Shown: one piece after another, positions 1-9,418 of the stretch
Position numbering within the stretch: position 1 is the first letter of the stretch
How the letters are laid out: each line of letters starts with the position of its first letter
Assembly: GCF_004010195.1 (NCBI RefSeq)
Contig: NC_057711.1
Coordinates: 78,463,156-78,487,636 of the forward strand
From: Chiloscyllium plagiosum
Taxonomy: Eukaryota
DNA: 24,481 nucleotides
Reading direction: 5' to 3'
Notes under the pieces: model-generated
What the model saw: only the letters and a program-made list of their open reading frames with translations
What the model was told of the DNA's origin: nothing
The model's database searches: none
Position numbers and translations under genes: made by a program

Positions 1-500
1 AGCTGTCCAATTGTAAACAATGGAGCAGTGCATTCACTAACCTTTTCCAAAAGCACATACCAGTCGAGACATTGCACTAAGTGGTTTCACACAAGCTGCT
101 TTTATAAACTTCTGAAAATCAGATGGCAGGACAAAATACAAGACAACAAGGTGCTTATGAAAGCTAGCACACCAAGCATCAACACCATATTAAAACAGGC
201 ACAAATAAATCAGGCTGGTCGTGTAACCAGAATACTGAACACACTCTTACTAAAGGGAAGTTTGCGTCTGGACTATACTCTCACAGCAAGGGAAGCACAA
301 GGAGGACACTCATACTGAAGTGGAGTCCACTGCAAAGCCCGCCTAGGATCACTGTACCACATGCAAATTAATAAACAAAAAAGGTGTAGCATCCTTCAAA
401 AGTAACAGAGATGGAGAGTAAACACAAGGGATGAAATCCTAAACCAGCAATTCATTCAAAATTCACTTGTTTGATCAATCTTAACATTCAAACATGTACC
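1..500 (+). mobile_element. RTE-clade LINE, degenerate 3' fragment of the ORF
   Basis: ORF 28-318 contains FHTSCFYKLLKIRWQDKIQDNKVLMKASTPSINTILKQAQINQAGRVTRI, matching the RTE post-RT motif FHxRCLRxILxIxWQDxxxNxEVLxxAxxxSIxxxLxxxQLRWAGHVxRM. End point approximate. Confidence 0.75.
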
Positions 501-2066
501 CACGAGTACCACCACCCCACAATGATGAACATAGATGGTGCTAAGCCTTCTGGCCCATTCCCAGTAGCTGATGGGGCTAACAAGGATACTTTCTAGCAAT
601 GACATCTTTGTTTTTTTTCCCCCACAATAGCAATCCTGGTGTTACCTCAAAGGACAAACAACTTAAGAAGCCCAATTGTAATCAGGAAGCTTCAGGCTGT
701 ATTTCAGTTTCTATACTATATTACTGCTTTGTTTTGTGGGCTTTGGAAAGCAACTCTTCACAACATCTTTTTCCTTTAAAAGGTTTATCATGCTACAACT
801 AAAAACAGTCCTTCTGAATATCCTTCGAAACATACATACATGGCAAAACATAGCAACATATGTATTGCTCTCTCTAAACTGTCAATTTTGTGATTTTTTT
901 TGTCATTCACTTAATTTTCACTTTTTAGCTCCTTCTCTTCACAAACCTTTCTGCTTATTACACCTGCGTGACAGTAATTGATGATGCCAGAGTTAAGAGT
1001 GCAACATTTTTGTGCTACCTTTCTGAGAAATGAAAACAAAAAATAGAAATGAAACAAACTTGGGTGATCACACAAAATGTATGCAGTGCAAATATCACAT
1101 CTCTAGCTACTTATGGCATTGACAAATAGGTAACAAAAGTGTGAGAGCGTGTTTTCAAATAATTGTCTAAACTTGATGCATTGTATTCCAGTGAATCTGG
1201 CAAACTAATATTTGTGAAAATATTAACAAATCTTGAACAGTAATTTGACAATTATTGCATAGTATTGAATAAGATCAATATAACAGGAAAATTACAAGAT
1301 GTTTATAAATGGCTGTTGTGGTATAGGTGGTGAGTCCCTACTTTTGGGTACAATCCCAGACATGTGTCACAATATATGTCTCAACAAGTCAATTTTTCAA
1401 AAACAATTCTCCAAACAGAAGCCATGATAAAACAACATTGTTTAGAGATTATTACTGATGGCAACAAGAAATTCCTCAAAGTGAAATCATATGAAAAATG
1501 TTGATCTATTTTCTGAAATTATATTCAATTGCATCTTACTTCCAATGCTGAGAAAGTAAAGCATCCATGACGGTTTGGACATGTACAGGCTCCTTAAATG
1601 CACACTAATAAATGTGCTTCTGGAACATGTTGGAAGAACTCAGACAAAAAGTGTTGGTGCAATTAAAAGAGCAGAATCGCATCAGCATCAATATGAACAG
1701 CACTTGATAAAAGGAGGCCCTGCATGAAAAATATCGATAACTGACATCTATAAAGTAGCTAATAGCAAAATATGGATACACAATTGGCCTTTCTGGGTGG
1801 TCAATATACCGCAAGAACTGGAACTCTCAACTCCAAAAAAAAATTCCGTATAGTAAATTCTGCTATGACATAGTAGCTCCATTCTCTTGCAATTCCTTGT
1901 CATAAGAATATCACGTAATAGCAGCACCATTTGAACTAATGGGGCCAGAATCGAGTTATAACCAACACAAACTTTAAGAGTTCACGCCATAGAAACAGCA
2001 TCCCCAATTCGTCAATTGCATTATAGTGAACTTGCATTAATGAAACATGCATTATAGTAGAATAAT

Positions 2067-2384
2067 GGGGCGGCATGGTGGCTCAGTGGTTAGCACCACT
2101 GCCTCACAGCACCAGGGTCCCAGGTTTGATTCCAGCCTCGGGCGACTGTGTGTGGAGTTTGCACATTCTCCCAGTGTCTGTGTGGGTTTCCTCCGGGTGC
2201 TTCGGTTTCCTCCCACAGTCCAAAGATGTGCAGGTCAGGTGAACTGGCCATGCTAAATTGCCCATAGTATTAGGTGCATCAGTTAGAGGGTAAGGGGTGC
2301 TGGGTGGGTTAGTCTTCGGAGGGTCGGTGTGGACTGGGTGATCCGAAGGGCCTGTTTCCACACTGTAGGGAATCTAATCTAATC
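2067..2384 (+). mobile_element. Full-length tRNA-derived HE1/V-SINE-like SINE
   Basis: A-box TGGCTCAGTGG (2079-2089), B-box-like GGTTTGATTCC (2123-2133), V-domain core TGTGTGGAGTTTGCACATTCTCCC..GGGTTTCCTCCGGGTGCT..TTTCCTCCCACAGTCCAAAGATGTGC, CR1-type tail ending in (AATCT)n. Confidence 0.92.
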
Positions 2385-2536
2385 ATAACGTGTTTATCAA
2401 GAATGCTTTATTATTAAGCTCTCGATTCCAACTAACGTTTTTTTTAAAAAACAGGATAACAATTTCATTACAGGTATATGCAATCTAAAATTTACTTTGG
2501 AGGAAAGCAATTAAATTTCACTATTTTAAAATTTTG
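2272..2536 (+). repeat. Left arm of ~265-bp inverted duplication (SINE 3' part plus about 150 bp of flank)
   Basis: Reverse complement of 4502-4764; about 13 substitutions and about 2 indel bases by manual alignment (about 94% identity). Confidence 0.95.
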
Positions 2537-2814
2537 GGTCAGAGTGTGAGGTTCACTGATGGTTGCACACTGTTCAGTTTAGTTAGCAGCCCTTCACATA
2601 AGGAAACAATCCTTCATATGCTGCAGTCAACCTTGGGCTGATGAATGACGAGTCATGTGTCCCATATAAGCTTGCCGGATTCATGTGATAGAAACTAATC
2701 TTCTCCAATGATATTCAGCAACATTTAACGATGCTGATTCTTACAGTATCAATATCCTAACTAGACAAGCACTCAAATTCTGAGAGAACTCAAATTGGGA
2801 AGATGGGGATTCTG

Positions 2815-3337
2815 CAGCAAATAACTTGCCTCTTGACTCCCCTAAATTTGTCCATAATCAACAGTAAGTAATATAGGAGCATGTTGGATTACATAGAGTT
2901 GTTTTGTAAATGCAGCACCATCAACATTCAAGAAGCTTGATACTATCCAGGACAAAGCAGCTCGCTTGATTTTGCACCTTATACATCATCTTATCTTTCT
3001 GTTCACCTCTGTCACATTGTAGTAATGGTGTGTACCATATGCAAAATGCTTTGCAGCAATCAAGTGTGCTTCGATAACACCTTCATACTGCAACCTCAGC
3101 CACTTGAAAGGACTATGGCAACAAATGCACAGGAACATCACCACATGCTGGTTGGAACTATATTACTATTTTTTTACTGTATCTGGGTCAAAAACCTTAG
3201 AATTCCCTCCCTATTAACTACACTCTGTCAACTGGAATAGTTCAAAAAAGGAGTTTGCAACCCTCTTCTCAACGACAGTTGGTGTTAAGTAATCTTTGCT
3301 GGTCTTGTCAGTGGTTCCCATATCCTATAAATAAATT
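2815..3337 (+). mobile_element. Old LINE 3' fragment (CR1/L2 supergroup)
   Basis: GCAGCACCATCAACATTCAAGAAGCTTGATACTATCCAGGACAAAGCAGCTCGCTTGATT encodes AAPSTFKKLDTIQDKAARLI. Homologous to copies at ~6003-6390, ~7390-8027 and ~10600-10955. Confidence 0.75.
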
Positions 3338-3902
3338 TAATTCTACTGGAGTTCATTGACTGAAAATTGATGGAGAAAGGAGTAGTTAGGACTGGTTGTG
3401 GGGAGTACTGAGTAAGTATTATTTGAGGTCTTGTAATTATAAATAATCAGGACAGATAGTATGGAATAGCACAGATGCAGTTGGAAGGGAATGGATTTGG
3501 GTAGCATAATGGTGTGGTGATGCAATATGGTTATTTGTGAGAGGTTTTTTGGGCAGGTAAATGAAGTGAATAAATTCAAGAATGTAGCATTGATGGATAT
3601 CTCGACTGCCAGAAAATTTTGTGGAGTTAATAGGAGTTAGGACAAAGGAAGTGGTTGAGATCAAAGAAAAATGCTTGATATATTCTATTCTGGCTGTAGG
3701 GAAAGATTGGAGGAGTTAAAGTTCTGAAATTTGAATCTCTGTCACAGGTCTAACTGTTCCCTAACCGTTGACAAAATTGACTTACTACAAAATTCAACAG
3801 TTTTTGTTTGAAGAGAAAGTGAGGTCTGCAGATGCTGGAGATCAAAGTTGAAACTTTATTGCTGGAACAGCACAGCAGGTCAGGCAGCATCCAGGGAACA
3901 GG

Positions 3903-3942
3903 AGATTCGACGTTTCGGGCACAGGCCCTTCTTCAGGAATCT
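3903..3942 (-). ncRNA. Minimal type I hammerhead ribozyme motif (mirror copy, sense to the host pre-mRNA)
   Basis: Reverse complement AGAUUC-CUGAAGA-A-GGGC(CUGU)GCCC-GAAAC-GUC-GAAUCU, with a 6-bp stem I. Predicted cut between 3909 and 3908. Confidence 0.75.
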
Positions 3943-3955
3943 TCTTCAGGAATCT

Positions 3956-3993
3956 GATTCCTGAAGAAGGGCCTGTGCCCGAAACGTCGAATC
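3956..3993 (+). ncRNA. Minimal type I hammerhead ribozyme motif (PLE-type)
   Basis: GAUUC-CUGAAGA-A-GGGC(CUGU)GCCC-GAAAC-GUC-GAAUC: stem I GAUUC/GAAUC, core CUGANGA and GAAA, 4-bp stem II, palindromic ACGU in place of stem III, GUC cleavage triplet ending at 3988. Activity not shown. Confidence 0.75.
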
Positions 3994-4501
3994 TCCTGTT
4001 CCCTGGATGCTGCCTGACCTGCTGTGCTGTTCCAGCAATAAAGTTTCAGTTTTTGTTTGAAAACTTAAATCAACATTTGTTGGTGGTAAGACTTGTATTT
4101 CTTGTCCTCCACCTGCTAATATGCATGCTTACTCGATTTGTGTGTTTGGGCTTGCTTGTGCTTTTTCATTTTCACTTTTATGTGTTTACTGACAAAATAA
4201 CTAACAAATTTAATGATTTAAATATTTTAATTTATTTTTAATCAGCTCCAGAATGATTGTGGGTACAATGTAATCCAATGGACCGAGTAGGAATTCATAA
4301 TAACTTTTGTGCAGAAGTTATTCATGTCATAGATACCAACTGTTTCACTAAGATGCTGTTCAGATGTCAGTATTTATTGTGACGTCCTGCCTTAAAAATT
4401 TGAGCAGACTTGTGAAAGCTGTATGGTGTGGAGCTTCAAGCCCATGTATGCATTGTTTTGCATTTGAGAGTTAGAGGCAATTGTCAGGGTTTGTACACGA
4501 A

Positions 4502-4764
4502 CAAAATTTTAAAATGGTGAAATTTGATTGCTTTTCTCCAAAGTAAGTTTTAGATTGCATATACCTGTCATGAAATTGTTATCCTGTTTTTAAAAAAAAG
4601 TTAGTTGGAATCAAGAGCTTAATAATAAAGCATTCATGATATACAGGTTATGATTAGATTAGATTCCCTACAGTGTGGAAACAGGCCCTTCGGCTCAACC
4701 AGTCCACACCGACCCTCCGAAGACTAACCCACCCAGCACCCCTTTCCCTCTGACTGATGCACCT
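4502..4764 (-). repeat. Right arm of ~265-bp inverted duplication
   Basis: Reverse complement aligns to 2272-2536 across the SINE tail/flank junction (..GGAATCTAATCTAATCATAAC..GAATGCTTTATTATTAAGCTCT..). Confidence 0.95.
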
Positions 4765-5059
4765 GGAAAAACAGCACTGTTTTAGAAGCTTACACTAGTT
4801 TTATGTTCACACCTTTCTCTACTGTATATAAAAAATAGTTTCAATATACTAACAGAAATGTCATTGCTTATAAAAGGATAGGATAAACATTTCCTCATGA
4901 ACTGATAATGCATCAAGAGAAATCCTGCTACTGAGATGGTAGCTAACCAATTAAGGCCCCATAATCGTGGAAATAGGTATATCACCATCTTTTCAGAAAC
5001 AAAGTTTCAAAGAGTTAAAATCTACAGAGAAAAACTTTTAAGGGCAACTTCTGATTTCT

Positions 5060-5180
5060 AAACTGTAGTCCCCTGTTCTCAATTCTTCCATAAGAACAAC
5101 ATTTCCCTCTCCAACTACCCTGTAAGATATTTCAGGATCTTGCATGTTTCAATCAAGTCACCTCTTACTTTAAACTTTCA
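5060..5180 (-). mobile_element. CR1 LINE fragment
   Basis: Shares GATCTTGCATGTTTCAATCAAGTCACCTCTTACT with the CR1 copy at about 11300-11340. Confidence 0.65.
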
Positions 5181-5654
5181 CTGAACATTTTCATGTTAGA
5201 AAAAAATTGAGGAAAGAAAGACAATGTAATTTCTACAGTTAAATAATTCCAATGTTACTGAACCATAAACCATCTGTTACAGATGTATCAAATCCAAAAT
5301 TCTCAGATGTTTGTGACAGTTTATCTTTGGTTACCTCTCATGGTCATGGGTGCCTCATAGAGGAACAATAGTAAAGACAACCAACCACAATTCCAGGGCA
5401 CACCATCTCGTGAGAACAATCATTTTTTTCCAAAAACAAAATTGTGATATATAATGCATTATTATGCTGTGTTTTGAAACTTAAGTGAATAAAAAAAAGT
5501 GAAGCACTTTATTTCTCCTCATACCCCAAAACACAATCACTCTCCTTCAGTTTCTGATAAGCTAAATCATCTCCAGCTAATTGAAGATTGATGAAACTAA
5601 ACATGTCCAACAATGAATACAATAACTCTGAATAACAATGGTATCCTTTAGTTT

Positions 5655-5988
5655 AGCCATGGTTCAAATGGTAGAACTCTAGTAATTTGAGTCCCATTCC
5701 AGAATCCCAAAAATCAGCACAAAAATCTAGGCTGACACTAAAAAGCAGTACAGAGGAAATGTTGAGCTGTCACAGAAGAATTATGTTTTGAATGAGACAT
5801 AAAACTGAGGCACCATCTGCCCTCTTGGGTGAAAGTACAAGGTTTCATGCCATTACTCAAAGAAGAGCAGGAAAGATAGCCACACGTTTATCCTTTCATC
5901 AACACACTTTAAAATAAATCTGGTCTTGATCACATGCTCTTCATGACAGCCAGTTGGCTGCCCCATTTCTAACATTACAACAATGATT
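5655..5988 (+). mobile_element. Deu-domain SINE (SacSINE1/AmnSINE1-like), diverged
   Basis: AAAATCTAGGCTGACAC, TGAGACATAAAACTGAGGC..ATCTGCCCTCT, AAGAAGAGCAGG and TTGGCTGCC..TTTCTAACATTACAACA occur in the order of the DeuSINE consensus as I recall it. Confidence 0.75.
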
Positions 5989-6002
5989 CCCATTATCACC
6001 CC

Positions 6003-6390
6003 ATGAAGGCTTGTCCTGGATTGTGTTGAGCTTGAGTGGTGTTAGAGCTGCATCCATCCAGACAAGTGGTCAGTGTTCTCATACACTACTGATATGCGCC
6101 ATGTACATGTTGGTCAGCCACTGGGGAAACAAAGGCAAGTTATTCACTGCAGATTTCCTAGCCTTTGACCTGCTTTTGTCACTATGATATTTACATGTCT
6201 TTCCAGTTCAGATTTGAACCAATGGTAGCCCTCAGGATGTTAATAGCGGAGGATTGAGCAATGGTAATGCCACTGAAATTCAAGGGGCAATGGTTAGGTC
6301 CTCTTGTTAGAGATAAGCACTGCCTGACACTTGTGGCACAAATATTACTTGAATTCATCAGCTTAGGTCTGGATATGGTCCAAGTCTACT
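6003..6390 (-). mobile_element. Old LINE fragment (CR1/L2 supergroup)
   Basis: TTGTCCTGGATTGTGTTGAGCTT..GTTAGAGCTGCA..CCAGACAAGTGG is colinear with 7780-8020 and antisense to 2910-2970. Confidence 0.7.
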
Positions 6391-7389
6391 GAGGAAATGC
6401 TATTTTAATTGTGCAGATAACATACTTTAAACTACAAAAAGGCACGTGCTACTTTTATACCTATAACATAATTTATTTTCCATTGAATTACAATCCTTAA
6501 TCCAATGCCTATCCACCTGTTTCATCAATCAGTAACTTTGAATGATGACTCCACACAATTTCCTCAACTTTGAGAAACTGTTAAATTAAACATGAACATT
6601 AATGCCTGTTCTGATCATTCTTCTTCCCACTGGCCATGCAGGACCAATCTTTCAGAATCCCTTGATGGCTGCAGGATGTGTTTCAAAGTAATGCAATCTG
6701 CCTCTTACTTCAGTTGTGGTAGCTCACAAAGCCAAGTGGTCTTTTCTCTCTCCAACCACGTGGAACCACTTTTTGTCTGTATTATTGTAGGGAAGCTTGT
6801 AAGCCGATCTCAAAATTGGCTTAATCTGCCCTCTTCCACAGCGACATGAAACACTTTGTATCAAGGTAGAAATTGTAAACAGCTATACTCAACCTCACCT
6901 CTCTTCACATCCTAAAAACACCCAGATAGCATAACTGCACACAACCAATGTCATCTTGCAATTCTGGAAAACTCAGTCTACCATTGTCAAGGAATAGATG
7001 CCTACCATAATATCCGAGCATAAATAGCTTGCACCTTTTCAGTAAAACACTAATGTGTTTCAATGACCTCTAACAATCAAACCATCCAAAGTAACTGTTG
7101 GACGGACTTCAAAACTGAGCACATAAGCCTTTTCATTTACTCCAAATCTGGAGTGTCCCAAAACATAATCTTATAAATTTCAAAATTGTAACTTTGGCTT
7201 GTAATTTAATCATTTATAAAGACAGTTCAGATTCTGGCTGTAGTACTAATAATGCAGGGCTTGGGAATGAGCATTGGGGCAATGAGGGATACATTTGTAG
7301 CTTCAACTTCAGAGCAGGAAGGAAGCACCAATGCACATTATTCTCTTGAAGTGAGCCCTATAATGCCAGAGACCAAGTATTAATTTCTT

Positions 7390-8027
7390 ATTTATTCATG
7401 AGATTTGGAATTCATTAATTTGGAATTATTCCCCATCCCTAACTGCACTTCAAAAAGGTGATGATGAGCATCCTTCTTGAATTGCTGCACTCCTTGTCTG
7501 GGTTCGGAACCATGATACCATGACAATGGAGTTCCAGGATTGTGACCCAGTGACAGAAGTAGTGTGACATACATTCAAGTCAGGATGGTGTGCACCTTGG
7601 ACAGGAACTTCTAAGTTGTTATGTTCCCATGTACCTGCTGTCTTTATCCTCCTAAGTGGAACAGGTCACAAGTCTGGAAGATGCTGTCGGAGCAGCCTTG
7701 GTGATTGAGTGCTGTGCATTTTGTAGATGCTACACATGGTGAAGGGCATTGGATTGGGGACCAGTCTGATTAACCTCAACTGCTTGCCCTGGAGGATGCC
7801 AAGCTCCTTGAACAATGTTAGAGCTGCACTCACCCAGGCAAGTAGGGAGTGTTCCATCGCATTCCTGACATATACATTGTTGATGGTAAACAGGCTTGGG
7901 AAGACACTAGGCAAGTTATGCACTTCAAAAGTCCTCACCATTGACTTACTCTTGTAGCCTCAATATACTTATGGCTAGCTCACTTCAGTTTCCAGTAATG
8001 GCAACCCAGAGGATGTTGATAATGAGG
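7390..8027 (-). mobile_element. Old LINE 3' fragment (CR1/L2 supergroup)
   Basis: ORF 7666-7941(-) contains YVRNAMEHSLLAWVSAALTLFKELGILQGKQLRLI, a degenerate VRSxMEYSPLAWxSAAxTxLKKLDxIQxKAxRLI post-RT motif, followed by the family 3'UTR. Confidence 0.78.
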
Positions 8028-8114
8028 TAGTCAATAAGGACCTTACCTAGATGCCAATGCTAAATTCACTCTTCTGATGATAAACTTGGTACTTGTATGG
8101 CTTAAGGATCAGAG

Positions 8115-8634
8115 AATCCCTACAGTGTGAAGACAGGCCATTCAGCCCATTGAGTCCATGCCAATGCTCCAAAGAACATAAATTGAATTGAATTGAATTT
8201 ATTGTCACATGTACCAAGGCACATTGAAAAGCTGTCTTGTGAGCAATACAGGCAGATCACATAGTTAAATAACATAGATAGTAAATAATAGGTAAACAGC
8301 GACAAAAACAAAAACACAGATACAGTTGAATGTTAAGAGTTTGTATGTCCATTCAATATTCTAACAACAGTAAGGTAGAAACTGTTACAAAACCGGCTGG
8401 TGCACGTGTTCAGGCTTCCATACCTTCTCCCTGATGGTAGAGGTTGTACAAAAATCCTACCCAGACTCTCTCCCAACCCTGTAATCTTGCCTTCCCCATG
8501 GCCAATCTAACCTGCACATCTTTTGACTGTGGGAGGAAATCAAAGCACCCGAAGGAACTCATACAGACACAGGGAGAACGTGCAAATTCCATTCAGCCAG
8601 CCACCCTGGCACTGTGAAACAGCAATGCTAACCA
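8115..8634 (-). mobile_element. HE1/V-SINE-like SINE, split by a nested LINE insertion
   Basis: Tail at 8115-8179 (AATCCCTACAGTGTGAAGACAGGCCATTCAGCCC) and body/head at about 8455-8634 (CCTGCACATCTTTTGACTGTGGGAGGAAATC..GGGAGAACGTGCAAATTCCA..GCTAACCA) are antisense to 2067-2384. Confidence 0.85.
8181..8449 (-). mobile_element. Rex1/Babar LINE 3' end
   Basis: Reverse complement encodes QPLPSGRRYGSLNTCTSRFCNSFYLTVVRILN, matching the Rex1/Babar C-terminal LPSGRRYRS...RFxNSF motif. A 3'UTR follows, ending in (CAATT)n short repeats. Confidence 0.8.
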
Positions 8635-9334
8635 TAGAAAACCTTTCTTGAATGTGGCAAGGTGGTCAGCTAGCCAGTCATAGCAACAGATCCCCAGGTA
8701 ACTATCGCCCAAACTAAGATTTATTCAAATCAGCATTCAACTGGTTCAGAAATTAACAATGTGCCACTTGTCTGGTTTTAATAGCAAATAGGTCGCAAAG
8801 AACTCTCAGAGCTGTCGTACTGTACAGAAATTTTGCTTTTTTTTGGAATCAAACACACTTTAATGAAAGTAAGTTCCATTTTGTCATTGTAAGCAAAAAG
8901 GATGTCATTGGATCTTACAAGGATCACAGTGATGTAGGTCATGACAAGATGTGTGGAAGAATCAGGCAGCAAATGCAGTGAGGCCCACCTTGGTCTACCT
9001 TTTATGCTTTGAACAAGTAGCGTGGTGAGATTCTTACCAGACAGCGGTAACTTGACAACTGACACTATTGCTTGTTAAATACCTTGTTAACCACACAATT
9101 CACCTCGTTAATATTCAGCATCCCATTTTTCCAAACAAGTTCAATATCAGGAAAATGCAAAGAAACCAAAGCAGGTACCTGGCAGATACAACTTGCCACT
9201 TGTTCAAAATTGCATTTTTGTTGGAAATTGGCACTAACATCTCAGGGCATTGTCCATCGGCACCAGCCATATGTACCTCACATCCATGGACATTGTCATC
9301 AACATTTGCCAGCCTCCAAGAACCCTGGGGTCTG

Positions 9335-9418
9335 AGTGTGATTTTTTGGAGGTTCAGTGCAGACTGGATAGGCCAAATGGCCAGCTTCCACACTGTATGG
9401 ATCCTATGATCTCTATGA
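9335..9418 (+). mobile_element. SINE/CR1 3' tail fragment
   Basis: GGAGGTTCAGTGCAGACTGGATAGGCCAAATGGCC..TTCCACACTGTATGGATCCTATGA matches the tails at 2318-2375 and 23185-23246. Confidence 0.65.

Larger units (their letters stand above)
3813..4048. mobile_element. Penelope-like-element (PLE) terminal-repeat insertion in inverted (hairpin) configuration, flanked by a target-site duplication
   Basis: Perfect 93-bp inverted arms 3849-3941 and 3956-4048 with a 14-nt spacer. Direct repeat CAGTTTTTGTTTGAA at 3798-3812 and 4047-4061. Same family as 24314-24481. Confidence 0.85.

Noticed and set aside
1695..1725. TTTATCAAG on the minus strand resembling the FIK of G-alpha exon 2
   Set aside because: Flanking codons give PPFIKCC, not GKSTFIKQMR; a chance match.
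2067..2140. tRNA-like A and B boxes
   Set aside because: This is the head of a SINE continuing into the V-domain, not a tRNA gene.
3340..3770. Purine-rich stretch that may be an antisense L2-type LINE relic
   Set aside because: Too degenerate to find a diagnostic motif by eye.
3849..4048. Class II MITE or pre-miRNA interpretation of the hairpin
   Set aside because: The arms are PLE terminal sequence also present unpaired at 24314 onward, the insertion is asymmetric, and the TSD is 13-15 bp, unlike typical DNA-transposon MITEs. A perfect repeat-derived stem is not evidence of a miRNA.
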